A DNA stretch of 64,000 bases from an uncultured Alphaproteobacteria bacterium. Its GTDB lineage: Bacteria; Pseudomonadota; Alphaproteobacteria; Rhodobacterales; Rhodobacteraceae. How positions within the stretch are numbered: the stretch's first letter is position 1; each line of letters begins with the position of its first letter. The stretch is from positions 380,507-444,506 of the forward strand of contig CAVORP010000001.1 of NCBI GenBank assembly GCA_963698645.1, written 5' to 3'. The notes under the pieces were generated by a model. The model was not told the origin of the DNA. It ran no database searches and worked only from the letters and a program-made list of their open reading frames with translations. Both the position numbers and the translations under genes were made by a program. Shown here in pieces: positions 21,624 through 31,182 of this stretch.

Positions 21624-22727
21624 TCAACCCACGTGAAACAGCGTGTCGAACAGGCGCGGATCAAGGCTCGCCTGGCTGAACGTACCGCCTTCGGTCAGGA
21701 CCGACACCGCATCATGGCTGTGCAGGCTTTCCTGATGGCTGGCGATCACCCGGAAATCCCCGACCCGCGGATCGGCCTGAAGCTGTTCGGCGTAAAGCCG
21801 TGCCGCATCCTCGACGAAGATCGGATTGGCGGCGTTCAGTTCGGCAAAGGCCTGTTCGTCCTCGCGCTTGACCATCACCTGAGTTTCCGTGGGCACCGCG
21901 GCGCGGCACATCTCGATCAGATCCTCGAACCACATGCAGCCGGCATCATCCTCGAGAACGATCGAGATCCGCGCGACCGAGCGCTGCGAATGCGGCGTCG
22001 CAAGCTGTCCGCGGGTCCGCCGCGCATGTTCCGACAGCTCAAGCGAGCACGGGCAAGTCGAGGAATAGACGTAATCGAGATGGACGATGCGCTGCCGCAC
22101 CCCCGCCTGTTCCACCAGTTCAAGCGCGATATCATAGTACTGATAGCCCGACAGGCCCGAGCGCAGGCTCTGCACCTTCATCGGGAAGGAGAACCGCATC
22201 TGGATCCGCGCATCGAAACTTTCGAGATCGCGCTTGTAGCTGTCCAGCGCCGCTTCGATCACCTCGAAACTGAACAAGCGTTCGGAATGACCGTAGAAGC
22301 TGCGCATGATGCGGCTCATGTTGATGCCTTTCTTTTCGGCATCAAGGCTGACGCTCCCCGTCACGGATGTCTCGAGCACCAGATCGCCCGCATCGCGGGT
22401 CTGGTACCGGATCGGCAGGCGGAAATTCGAAATGCCCACATGCTGGATCGCCCGGCGCGCGCCCTTGATAAGGCTCTCAGGCCCGTTCTGCAGATCGGGA
22501 AGCCCGGATTTATAGGCATCATCGACCGAGAAGGATTCGGGATAGCGCCGCGCAAGAACCGGATAATCCGATGCGGCAGGGCCGGGCAACACACGGGCAA
22601 TGGAAGGATCCAGAGTCTCGATTTCATCGGCCGTCGCCGATTTCGCCCAGGTCCGCAGCATATCCAGCGCGCGTGCGGCATCCTCGCGTGAGGGCTCGCG
22701 TTCAATGGCGGTATTGTGAATGTTCAT
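21624..22727 (-). CDS. folE2: GTP cyclohydrolase IB
   Basis: KGINMSR, YSSTCPCS, PHSQRS, VKREDE, FVEDAAR, HQESLHSHDA. Confidence 0.95.
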   Translation of the reverse strand: MNIHNTAIEREPSREDAARALDMLRTWAKSATADEIETLDPSIARVLPGPAASDYPVLARRYPESFSVDDAYKSGLPDLQNGPESLIKGARRAIQHVGISNFRLPIRYQTRDAGDLVLETSVTGSVSLDAEKKGINMSRIMRSFYGHSERLFSFEVIEAALDSYKRDLESFDARIQMRFSFPMKVQSLRSGLSGYQYYDIALELVEQAGVRQRIVHLDYVYSSTCPCSLELSEHARRTRGQLATPHSQRSVARISIVLEDDAGCMWFEDLIEMCRAAVPTETQVMVKREDEQAFAELNAANPIFVEDAARLYAEQLQADPRVGDFRVIASHQESLHSHDAVSVLTEGGTFSQASLDPRLFDTLFHVG

Positions 22728-22877
22728 GTGCGATCCTTGGGTTCTTTGTTCTCTGACCATTCCCGCAGGCCGGGCGCCAATAAATGGCCTTTGCTGCGCG
22801 AAAGTCTATTCCGTGCTGATAATATGTACGTGACAGGCCGCCCTTCGGATCACGGGAAGAGTCGGGTTTTCAGAGAT

Positions 22878-23615
22878 TTATCCGTAGCGCCGAAAGAAGT
22901 TCGACAGGATGCGCGGCGGCAGGTCCGCCTGTGCCGCGAGGACCCGGTCGGTAAGTTCTTCGGCAGCGTCGGGCCGGAAATAGCCCCGGTCGCGGTAGAT
23001 GCGGATGCGATCCGCAAAGACCTGTCCGTCCGCCTCGGGGTGAAACTGCGTGGCATAGACGTTCCGGCCATGGCGGATCATCTGGAAGGGACAGGTATCG
23101 GACGCCAGAAGATGCGCGCATCCATCGGGCAGGGTCTGCGTCGCCTCCTTGTGGCCCACGAGCGCGGTGAACCTGTCTGGCAGACCGGCAAGAAGCGGAT
23201 CTTGGGCGCCCTCCTCGGTCCGGTGAACTTCGACCGGACCCACCGGCTCTCCCCAGCGGCGTTTCGACACTTCGGCGCCCAGATGATGGGCGAGAATCGA
23301 AATCCCGTAGCAGCAGCCCATGAAGGGAATGTCGCGCGCAGTGATCTCTGGCATCAGCCCAAGGATCGCCGCCTCGATCCGCGCCTCTTCGGCGGGCTTC
23401 GTCGCGGGGTCGTCGGACACGCAGCCGGGCCCGCCGCCCACGACGACGCCCGCGTAGTCGTCCAGCGACAGATCGGGCGGAAGCAACTCGCTGTCGAGCT
23501 GGATGCGCCGCGCTCTGTCCGATGTGATCCCGCCCTTTTCCAGCATCGCGGAGTATTCGCCATCCGCAGCCGCGGCTTCAGGTCGCAACTGCAGAATAAG
23601 AAAAGGCTTTCCCAT
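22878..23615 (-). CDS. class I glutamine amidotransferase
   Basis: VGGGP, GCCYG nucleophile, ATQFHPE. Confidence 0.88.
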   Translation of the reverse strand: MGKPFLILQLRPEAAAADGEYSAMLEKGGITSDRARRIQLDSELLPPDLSLDDYAGVVVGGGPGCVSDDPATKPAEEARIEAAILGLMPEITARDIPFMGCCYGISILAHHLGAEVSKRRWGEPVGPVEVHRTEEGAQDPLLAGLPDRFTALVGHKEATQTLPDGCAHLLASDTCPFQMIRHGRNVYATQFHPEADGQVFADRIRIYRDRGYFRPDAAEELTDRVLAAQADLPPRILSNFFRRYG

Positions 23616-23616
23616 A

Positions 23617-24799
23617 TCAGACCCGATCCAATCCAGCCCGGAGATCGGCGATCAGATCGCCGGTATCCTCGATCCCCACCGACAGCCGCACCAGTCCGGG
23701 CGTGATCCCCAGACTAGCCTTCTGATCCGCCGGAAGCCGTTGATGCGTGGTCGTGGCCGGATGGGTGATGATCGATTTCGCATCACCCAGATTGTTCGAG
23801 ATCGTGACGATCTTCAGCGCATTCAGGAACCGGAACGCGGCGGCCTGACCCTCCTCGATATCAAGCGCCACGACGGTTCCACCGGCCCCCATCTGCGCCA
23901 TGGCAAGGTCATGCTGCGGATGCGACGCCAGCCCGGGATAGATCACCCGGGCCAGCCGCGCATCACCCTCGAGCGCCTCGGCGATCTTCTGGGCGCTGGC
24001 GGCCTGCGCCCGGACGCGCAGATCGAGGGTCTCCATGCCCTTCAGCATGCACCCATGCCGTGAACGGGCTCATCGCGCCGCCGGTATGCTTCAGATAAGG
24101 TTCGACCGTCTTGCGAATGAAGTCGCGCGACCCGAGGATGATCCCGCCCAGCGCCCTGCCCTGACCGTCGATATGCTTGGTCGCGGAATAGACGACCACA
24201 TCCGCGCCCTGCTCCAGCGCCCGCGAAAAGATCGGCGTGGCAAAGACGTTGTCTACGATGACAAGGGCGCCTGCGGCATGTGCGATATCCGCGACCGCGC
24301 GCAGATCGATCACTTCAAGTGTCGGGTTCGACACGGATTCAAGGAACACCGCCCGGGTCTCGGGCCGGATCGCGGCCCGCCACTGGTCCAGATCGGTGCC
24401 ATCGACAAAGGTCACCTCCACGCCATAGCGCGACAGAACCTCTTCGAGGATATAGAGACAGGAGCCGAACAGCGCCCGCGCCGAGACGACATGATCGCCC
24501 GCCTTCAGCATCGAAGTCAGCGCGCCATTGACCGCAGCCATGCCTGATGCGGTGGCGAATCCGTCTTCGGCACCTTCCAGAGCCGCGATGCGCTCCTCGA
24601 ACATCCTGACCGTGGGGTTGCCATAGCGGGCATAGATGAATTCATCCGCGCCCGCCTCGATGAACCGGGCCTCCGCGGCCTCGGCACTTTCATAGACAAA
24701 GCCCTGGGTCAGGAAGATCGCTTCGGAGACTTCGCCATACTGGCTCCGGCGTATTCCCGAATGCACGAGTTTCGTGCGTGTGTTCCAATCGTCCGACAT
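23617..24799 (-). CDS. metZ: O-succinylhomoserine sulfhydrylase (frameshift near 24050)
   Basis: YARYGNPTV, ASGMAA, VDNVFATP, YSATKHIDGQGR, NLGDAKS, HPATTTH. Confidence 0.95.
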
Positions 24800-24812
24800 G
24801 GGGTGTCCCTCC

Positions 24813-24845
24813 AACAAAAAGCCCCCACCACGAGTGTCGGGGGCC
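24813..24845 (-). terminator. intrinsic terminator in the metZ leader (riboswitch expression platform)
   Basis: Minus strand GCCCCC-N12-GGGGGC-TTTTTGTT between the aptamer and the GGAGG RBS. Confidence 0.7.
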
Positions 24846-24857
24846 TTTCGTCCCAGA

Positions 24858-24916
24858 CCTCTTTAGCGGTTTCTTTAACGTGGCCCGCAATCCGGTGAAC
24901 AAATCGCCACGAAATT
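24858..24916 (-). ncRNA. SAM-II (SAM-alpha) riboswitch
   Basis: Minus strand CGTGGCGATTTG...CCGG.TTGCGGGCCACGTTAAAGAAACCGCTAAAGAGG matches the recalled SAM-alpha consensus; directly upstream of metZ. Confidence 0.92.
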
Positions 24917-25036
24917 TCGATTAGCCCCGGACGCCGATGCGGTCAAGCACCGTCACGCTGCTGTAACGCATCCTTCACCCAACCGTCGTATGTCTTTCCT
25001 ACGGTCGCCCCACTATATCTGGTAGGTTCGGCATCC

Positions 25037-25987
25037 ATGCCCCTTCTCAAGATCAATGCAGACGGCGTGACCCCGGTTTCGGAACGGGGCGATCCGGATG
25101 CAATCATCGGCCGAGTGGCGCGGGACATGCCCCGAACCGCGCCGGCGGTCGTGATGATCCACGGTTATACCCATTCGCCATTTTCGCCGGCGCATGATCC
25201 CCATTCCCACATCCTGTCGCTCTCTCCCAAGGCCAACGGTCGGTGCCTGTCCTGGCCGCAGCATCTTGGCTTCGGCATCGGCAATCGGTCCGAAGGCCTG
25301 GCCATCGCGTTCGGCTGGAATGCGCGGGGCACGATCTGGCAGGCCTATGAGGCCGCAGGGCGGGCCGGTATCGCACTTTCCCGGACCATCCGGACGATAC
25401 AGGCGACCCGCCCCGGCCCGGTCGACATCATCGCCCATTCGCTGGGCGCTCGTACCGCGCTGACCGCCGCCACCCTTCTGCCGAACGGCGCGCTGGGACG
25501 CGTGATCCTTCTCTCCGGGGCCGAGTTCGGCCATTGCGCCGCCCGGGCGCTTGCCAGCCCCGCAGGCCAGAGCGCCGCCTTTCTCAATGTCACCTCGGGC
25601 GAGAACATCCTGTTCGACCTGCTCTTTCAAAGGCTGATGCAGCCGCCGTGGCGGAGGGCCGCGGCACTTGGGCGTGGCCTTCCATCAAACCGACCGAACT
25701 GGCTCGACCTGCGGATCGATTGCCCTGCGACGCGGTCCCATCTCCGGCATTTGGGATTCCACGTTCCCGCCCCGGTGCGCGCGGTGTGTCACTGGTCGGG
25801 CTACATGCGACCGGGGCTTTTCCCGCTCTACCGCGCCTTTCTGCGCGATCGAGGGTCCCTGTCACTCACCGATCTCGCACAACCGGTGCACCGTCACGAT
25901 CCGCGCCCTCCCGCAACGGCACCTGTCGCTGCCTCTTGCAGGTTGCATCCGCATGGTCTAGATTTGGCCCATGACACATCCCATTGA
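25037..25987 (+). CDS. alpha/beta hydrolase fold protein (DUF900-like)
   Basis: VMIHGY oxyanion motif, IAHSLGAR nucleophile elbow; C-terminal end uncertain. Confidence 0.75.
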   Translation: MPLLKINADGVTPVSERGDPDAIIGRVARDMPRTAPAVVMIHGYTHSPFSPAHDPHSHILSLSPKANGRCLSWPQHLGFGIGNRSEGLAIAFGWNARGTIWQAYEAAGRAGIALSRTIRTIQATRPGPVDIIAHSLGARTALTAATLLPNGALGRVILLSGAEFGHCAARALASPAGQSAAFLNVTSGENILFDLLFQRLMQPPWRRAAALGRGLPSNRPNWLDLRIDCPATRSHLRHLGFHVPAPVRAVCHWSGYMRPGLFPLYRAFLRDRGSLSLTDLAQPVHRHDPRPPATAPVAASCRLHPHGLDLAHDTSH

Positions 25988-26687
25988 TCTCTATTACTGG
26001 CCCACGCCCAACGGCTGGAAAATCTCGATCGCACTCGAGGAAATGAAGCTTCCCTACACGGTGCACTGGATCGATATCGGCAAGGGCGACCAGTTCGACC
26101 CGGACTTCCTGAAAATCGGCCCGAACAACCGAATGCCCGTGATCACCGATCACGACGGTCCCGATGGCGCGCCGATCTCGATCTTCGAATCCGGCGCGAT
26201 CCTACAATACCTTGCGCGCAAGACCGGCAAGTTCGGCGGCCCGACCGAGCGCGACAGGATCGCCGTCGATCAATGGCTGATGTGGCAAATGGGCGGCGTC
26301 GGCCCGATGGCCGGTCAGGCGCATCATTTCCTGAAATATGCCCCCGGCCTCAACCCGCCACAGGTTCTGCCCTACGCGCAGGACCGCTACCGCAACGAGG
26401 TGTCGCGGCTCTACCGCGTTCTCGATACCCAGTTGCAGGATAACGAATATGTTGCCGGCGACTTCTATTCGATTGCGGACATGGCGCTTTGGGGCTGGTG
26501 TTCGGGCTGGGAAGGGCAGCAACAGACGCTGGACGACAAACCCAACATGAAACGCTGGCTCGATCTTGTGGGCGCCCGTCCGGCGGTCAAGGCGGGCCGT
26601 GCCCTTGGCGCCGAATTCCGGGATCGGAAACAGACCGAAGAAGAAGAGCGCGAGGCCCAGCGCATCATGTTCCAGCAGAAGGGCTAG
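25971..26687 (+). CDS. glutathione S-transferase, YfcG/YghU (Nu) class
   Basis: WPTPNGWK, PNNRMP, FESGAILQYLA, WQMGGVGPM.GQ. Confidence 0.92.
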   Translation: MTHPIDLYYWPTPNGWKISIALEEMKLPYTVHWIDIGKGDQFDPDFLKIGPNNRMPVITDHDGPDGAPISIFESGAILQYLARKTGKFGGPTERDRIAVDQWLMWQMGGVGPMAGQAHHFLKYAPGLNPPQVLPYAQDRYRNEVSRLYRVLDTQLQDNEYVAGDFYSIADMALWGWCSGWEGQQQTLDDKPNMKRWLDLVGARPAVKAGRALGAEFRDRKQTEEEEREAQRIMFQQKG

Positions 26688-26703
26688 TCCCGCGGAACAA
26701 GGG

Positions 26704-27306
26704 CTAGTCCAGATCGGCCTCATCGTCCCAGGTGGCCAGAAGCGTCCAGTACATGAGGCAATAGGCCACCACCGGGGCGACCGACCAGACGATCACCCAT
26801 TCGGTCAGCGTCCCGTACATGATCGTGGCTTCGTTGATGAGAAGCAGCATCATCATCGAGACGAGCTTCCAGCGGCCCCATGACCGCACGAAACCGTCTG
26901 GCTCTCCGGTCCATCCGGAAAGAAGGCGCAAATCGTTCGAATTGCGCCAGAGACCATTCGCCAGAAACGCGGCGCGGAGTCCAAGGATCACGGTGAACGA
27001 CCGTTGGCACCAGACCGGCTCATGCACCAGCAGGAGCAGCCCCAGAGCCACGAAGATCACCGCGACGGCGGCCTTGATGCCATCAGTCCCTATGCCCGGC
27101 CTGCGGGCCAAGCTAGGTATCTGCCAGGCCAGCGACACGGATTTCGCCAGCACGACCGCAAGAACGAAGGGGGAAAGCGACAGAGCGTCGAGCTGTGGTT
27201 CGACCTGAAGAAGTGCTGCGTAGGTGAACACAAGGCTCGCGGGAAATACGATGAAGGGCCTCAACCCGGGAGGCGGGATAGAGATCAGTGCCAGGACACG
27301 CCGCAT
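26704..27306 (-). CDS. hypothetical integral membrane protein (possible distant YciB relative)
   Basis: Five to six hydrophobic segments, immediately downstream of yciB; start uncertain. Confidence 0.6.
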   Translation of the reverse strand: MRRVLALISIPPPGLRPFIVFPASLVFTYAALLQVEPQLDALSLSPFVLAVVLAKSVSLAWQIPSLARRPGIGTDGIKAAVAVIFVALGLLLLVHEPVWCQRSFTVILGLRAAFLANGLWRNSNDLRLLSGWTGEPDGFVRSWGRWKLVSMMMLLLINEATIMYGTLTEWVIVWSVAPVVAYCLMYWTLLATWDDEADLD

Positions 27307-27351
27307 GACGCACCGATAAGGGGGACATGGGGCAAGAGTTGGGCGGCCCAC

Positions 27352-27957
27352 TTATTTGGCGGCGGGATCCTCGATAAGGTATTTCTGCAGCGCCATGATC
27401 TGCGACCACAGAAAGACGAACAGCAACACGGGGAAGCCGAAGGTCTCGATCTTGACCCAGGCATCCGTCGACATCGTGCGCCAGACGATTTCGTTGCCGA
27501 CCGCAAGTGCCCCGAAAAACGCCGTGAGGCGGCGCGTCAGGATCATCCATCCTTCGCGCAGCATGGGCAGGAACTCTCCCATCACCCATTCGAGATAGCT
27601 GCGCCCCTGCAACAATCCGATGCCAAGGATCCCGGCGAAAAGCCCATAGACGATTGTGGTCTTCATCTTGAAGAAGCGCTCGTCATTGAACCAGACGGTC
27701 AGCCCACCGAAGACAACAACCATGACTGCCGTGAATATCTGCATCCGGCTCAGCTTGCCGGTGAGTTTCCATAGGACCGCGATGGACACCAGCAGAACCG
27801 GCACAAAGGCAGCGGCCGCCACGATGAACCCATCATAGGCGACACCCCCGACCGTATAGGTCTGGTCGCGCATATAGAGATACGCCACGAAAAACAGGAG
27901 CGGCGGCCCCAGTTCAAGGACCTGTTTCAGGGCCGGATTGATCGTTTTCTCGTTCAT
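27352..27957 (-). CDS. yciB: inner membrane protein YciB (septation protein A/IspZ)
   Basis: ELGPPLLFF, FGGLT.WFNDERFFKMKTTIVY, NEIVWR, WVK. Confidence 0.92.
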   Translation of the reverse strand: MNEKTINPALKQVLELGPPLLFFVAYLYMRDQTYTVGGVAYDGFIVAAAAFVPVLLVSIAVLWKLTGKLSRMQIFTAVMVVVFGGLTVWFNDERFFKMKTTIVYGLFAGILGIGLLQGRSYLEWVMGEFLPMLREGWMILTRRLTAFFGALAVGNEIVWRTMSTDAWVKIETFGFPVLLFVFLWSQIMALQKYLIEDPAAK

Positions 27958-27967
27958 TGCCTCGTCC

Positions 27968-28864
27968 TTATCCGCCGAACTCAACTATCACCGCACCGGC
28001 TGCGATCAAGGCCATAAGGGCAAGACGCCGCGGCCCGACCTTTTCGCCCAGAAGCAGCCAGCCGATCAAGGCCGCGAAAACCACCGACGTTTCGCGCAGG
28101 ACCGCCGCCTCGCCCACATTGTCCAGACGTGTGGCCAGCATGATGCCCCCGAACGACAGATAGGCCACGAGCGCCCCGGTGATCCCCAGTCGCGCAATCG
28201 GCGCAAAGGGGCGCGGCAGGCGACGCTTGATCGCAAGATAGCCCAGCGGAAAAGCGATCCCGTCGATCAGAAAGAACCACGCGATGAAGGTAAAGGGATC
28301 GGCGGTGGCGCGAATGCCATAAGCGTCCCAAGTCGTATAGGCGGCCACGAAACCGCCCGTGAGAACCGCAAGTCCCAGCGCAAGCGGCAGGCGCGCCCGG
28401 TCAAGCGTCACATGCCGGAGATTGTAGACCGCGAGACCGAGGATGCCCGACACCAGCGTCGCCACGCCAAGCCATTGAACAAAAACAAAATGTTCATTGA
28501 ACAAGAGGCCCGCACCGATCACCGTGAAGACCGGGCCGGTCCCTCGCACGACCGGGTAGACGACCGTATATGCGCCCACGGAATAGGCCGATGCCTGGGC
28601 CAGCTTGTAACCCACATGGATTACCCAGGCGATCGCGAAGATCGGCCACATATGCGGCTCGGGCCAGGGCACGACGAAAAGCGCGAAAGGCAGCGCGATC
28701 AACGCATAACTGCCATCAATTGCGGCGCGCGATGTCCAAGGGTCGATCCGGCCCTTCTGCAATGCGCCGAACAACGCATGCAGGAACGCGGCCAGAAGCG
28801 CCAGTCCCAGCGCCAGCTGCGCCCCCGCCTCGGTGCCTTCGAGGCTGACAAGCCATGCGCTCAC
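27968..28864 (-). CDS. DMT/EamA family transporter
   Basis: AAFLHA, VYPVVRGTGP, LRETSVVFAALIG...LGE. Confidence 0.9.
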   Translation of the reverse strand: MSAWLVSLEGTEAGAQLALGLALLAAFLHALFGALQKGRIDPWTSRAAIDGSYALIALPFALFVVPWPEPHMWPIFAIAWVIHVGYKLAQASAYSVGAYTVVYPVVRGTGPVFTVIGAGLLFNEHFVFVQWLGVATLVSGILGLAVYNLRHVTLDRARLPLALGLAVLTGGFVAAYTTWDAYGIRATADPFTFIAWFFLIDGIAFPLGYLAIKRRLPRPFAPIARLGITGALVAYLSFGGIMLATRLDNVGEAAVLRETSVVFAALIGWLLLGEKVGPRRLALMALIAAGAVIVEFGG

Positions 28865-29253
28865 GGAATTGTCCGGCCCATTCCGACAGCATGATCAAAG
28901 CCGAATTTCGCATAGATTCGATCCGCCGGGGGATCGGCGATCAGGCTCAGATAACAAGAAGCCGGCAGCGACCGGTTACACCACGCAACCAGCCGCGCGA
29001 CGATCTCGTGGCCAATCCCCTGTCCCTGCTTCTCCGGCAAGACGGCAATGTCGGTGATCTGTGCAAAGGTTCCACCATCACCGATGACGCGCCCCATGCC
29101 GATCAGCCGGCCATCCTCACGCACACAGATCGCATGAAGGCTATTGGGCAGCCCGATCGCGGCCGCCTCGGCGGTCCGCGCGTTCAGACCTGCGGCCCGC
29201 CGCATCGCGCGGTATTCCTCCGCACCGGGCACCTCGTCCCGAAACTCAGGCAT
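28861..29253 (-). CDS. GNAT acetyltransferase
   Basis: [29 protein letters not shown]. Confidence 0.88.
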   Translation of the reverse strand: MPEFRDEVPGAEEYRAMRRAAGLNARTAEAAAIGLPNSLHAICVREDGRLIGMGRVIGDGGTFAQITDIAVLPEKQGQGIGHEIVARLVAWCNRSLPASCYLSLIADPPADRIYAKFGFDHAVGMGRTIP

Positions 29254-30634
29254 CCAGTCCTGTCAGCGCGGCAGCGAATTCCTTGGGATCGAAGGGCGCC
29301 AGATCGTCGATCTGCTCACCAATGCCGATGGCGTGGATCGGAAGGCCGAACTTGTCGGCCAGGGCGACGAGCACCCCGCCCTTGGCCGTCCCGTCCAGCT
29401 TTGTCATCACGAGGCCCGACACATCCGCAAGCTTCTGGAAGATTTCGACCTGGGACAGCGCGTTCTGGCCTGTCGTCGCGTCCAGCACCAGAAGCGTGTT
29501 ATGCGGCGCTTCGGGATCCTTCTTGCGGATCACCCGGACGATCTTCGACAGTTCCTCCATCAGGTCGGCCCGGTTCTGAAGCCGTCCGGCCGTGTCGATC
29601 ATGAGCAGATCGGCACCCTCCGCCTCGGCCCGGGTCATCGCATCGAAGGCAAGGCTTGCCGGGTCGGACCCCTGCGGCGCGGTCATCACCGGGACGCCCG
29701 CACGGTCGCCCCAGACCTGCAACTGCTCGACGGCGGCGGCGCGAAACGTATCGCCCGCCGCGATCACGACCTTCTTGCCCGCCGCGCGGAACTGGCTGGC
29801 AAGCTTGCCGATCGTCGTCGTCTTGCCCGACCCGTTCACCCCCACCACCAGCACGACCTGCGGTTTCTTGGCGTAAAGCGGCAAGGGGCGGGCCACCGGC
29901 TCCATGATCCGCGCGACTTCGGCGGCGAGGATCTGCTTGATCTCGCGCGATGACAATTTCCGCCCCATCCGGCCCTCGGCGATATTCGCAGTGACGCGCA
30001 GGGCGGTATCCACCCCCATATCGGAGGCAATCAGAAGGTCCTCGAGACTTTCCAGCATCTCGTCATCAAGCTCGCGCCGCATCTCGGCGGGGGCGCCACC
30101 GCGCCCGAGGATGCGCCCGAAAAACCCCGGGCGCCGTTCGGTCGGCGCGACGGTAACAGCGGCGCTTGCGCTTGCGACCGCCTCCAGTTCGTCGGGAACG
30201 GGATCGGTGTCAGGAAAATCGTATGACGGCACTTCCAGCGGGGGCATGCCGGGCGATGGGTCCGGCGCATCGGGGATGCCAAAGGGCGGCCGCTCCGGCG
30301 CCGGATCGGGAACGGTCGGAATATCCGGCTGAGGCGCAGGTTCGGGTTCGACCTCCGGCTCGGGTTCCGGCTCGGGGACGGGTTCGATTTCCGGCTCAGG
30401 CTCGGGGATCGGCCGGGGTTCGGGTTCCGGCGCGGGCTCCGGTGCCGGCGCGGGCTCGTGCGGCGCTGGAAGCGGCTCGGGCTCGGGACGTGGCGCGGGA
30501 TCGGGCTCTACCGGAATTTCGGGGGGATCGGCAGTCTCGACAGCACCGCCATCCGCGACAATCGCATCTAGCCCCTCGTCCAGCTTGGACGACGATTTGA
30601 AAAGCCGCTCTTTCAGCTTCGAGAAAAACGCCAT
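29246..30634 (-). CDS. ftsY: SRP receptor FtsY
   Basis: [38 protein letters not shown]. Confidence 0.97.
   Translation of the reverse strand: MAFFSKLKERLFKSSSKLDEGLDAIVADGGAVETADPPEIPVEPDPAPRPEPEPLPAPHEPAPAPEPAPEPEPRPIPEPEPEIEPVPEPEPEPEVEPEPAPQPDIPTVPDPAPERPPFGIPDAPDPSPGMPPLEVPSYDFPDTDPVPDELEAVASASAAVTVAPTERRPGFFGRILGRGGAPAEMRRELDDEMLESLEDLLIASDMGVDTALRVTANIAEGRMGRKLSSREIKQILAAEVARIMEPVARPLPLYAKKPQVVLVVGVNGSGKTTTIGKLASQFRAAGKKVVIAAGDTFRAAAVEQLQVWGDRAGVPVMTAPQGSDPASLAFDAMTRAEAEGADLLMIDTAGRLQNRADLMEELSKIVRVIRKKDPEAPHNTLLVLDATTGQNALSQVEIFQKLADVSGLVMTKLDGTAKGGVLVALADKFGLPIHAIGIGEQIDDLAPFDPKEFAAALTGLDA
30335..30515 (-). repeat. low-complexity Pro-Glu/Pro-Ala repeat inside ftsY
   Basis: [51 protein letters not shown]. 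Confidence 0.85.
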
Positions 30635-30783
30635 CTGGCCCCGTCCTGATTTGGCCCGCACATGCGATACCGCAACCGGTATCCTCGTCAGATATAGGCA
30701 GCATTTCGCGGGAACACCATGCGCAGACCTGAATGTCCGAGTTTGCTCTGGAAGATAGCCCCCTGCCATGTCAGCATATCGCC

Positions 30784-31182
30784 ATGCGCATCACTGCCAC
30801 AATCCTTCTTGCCCTCTTCCTCGCCACCCCGTCGCGCGCCGAAGCGCCGATGAGCGCCGCCGCGTTCGAGGCCTATACGACGGGCAAGACGTTGACCTAT
30901 TCGGTTGGCGGCACGACCTACGGGGTCGAAGAATACCTCCGGAATCGCCGGGTCCGCTGGGCCTTTCTCAACGACGAATGCCAGGAAGGCACGTGGTATC
31001 CTTCGGGGAACATGATCTGTTTCGAATATGACGGGTTCCTCGACGCACAATGCTGGACCTTCTTCGAGAAGCCGGGCGGACTGGTCGCACGCTACGAAAA
31101 CGATCCCGAACAGCTTGAGCTGATCGAAACACGTGCGGCGCGCGAGCCACTGGTCTGTCTCGGTCCCCGGGTGGGGTCCTAG
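30784..31182 (+). CDS. conserved hypothetical secreted protein
   Basis: Signal peptide [17 protein letters not shown]; four Cys; [12 protein letters not shown]. Confidence 0.75.
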   Translation: MRITATILLALFLATPSRAEAPMSAAAFEAYTTGKTLTYSVGGTTYGVEEYLRNRRVRWAFLNDECQEGTWYPSGNMICFEYDGFLDAQCWTFFEKPGGLVARYENDPEQLELIETRAAREPLVCLGPRVGS

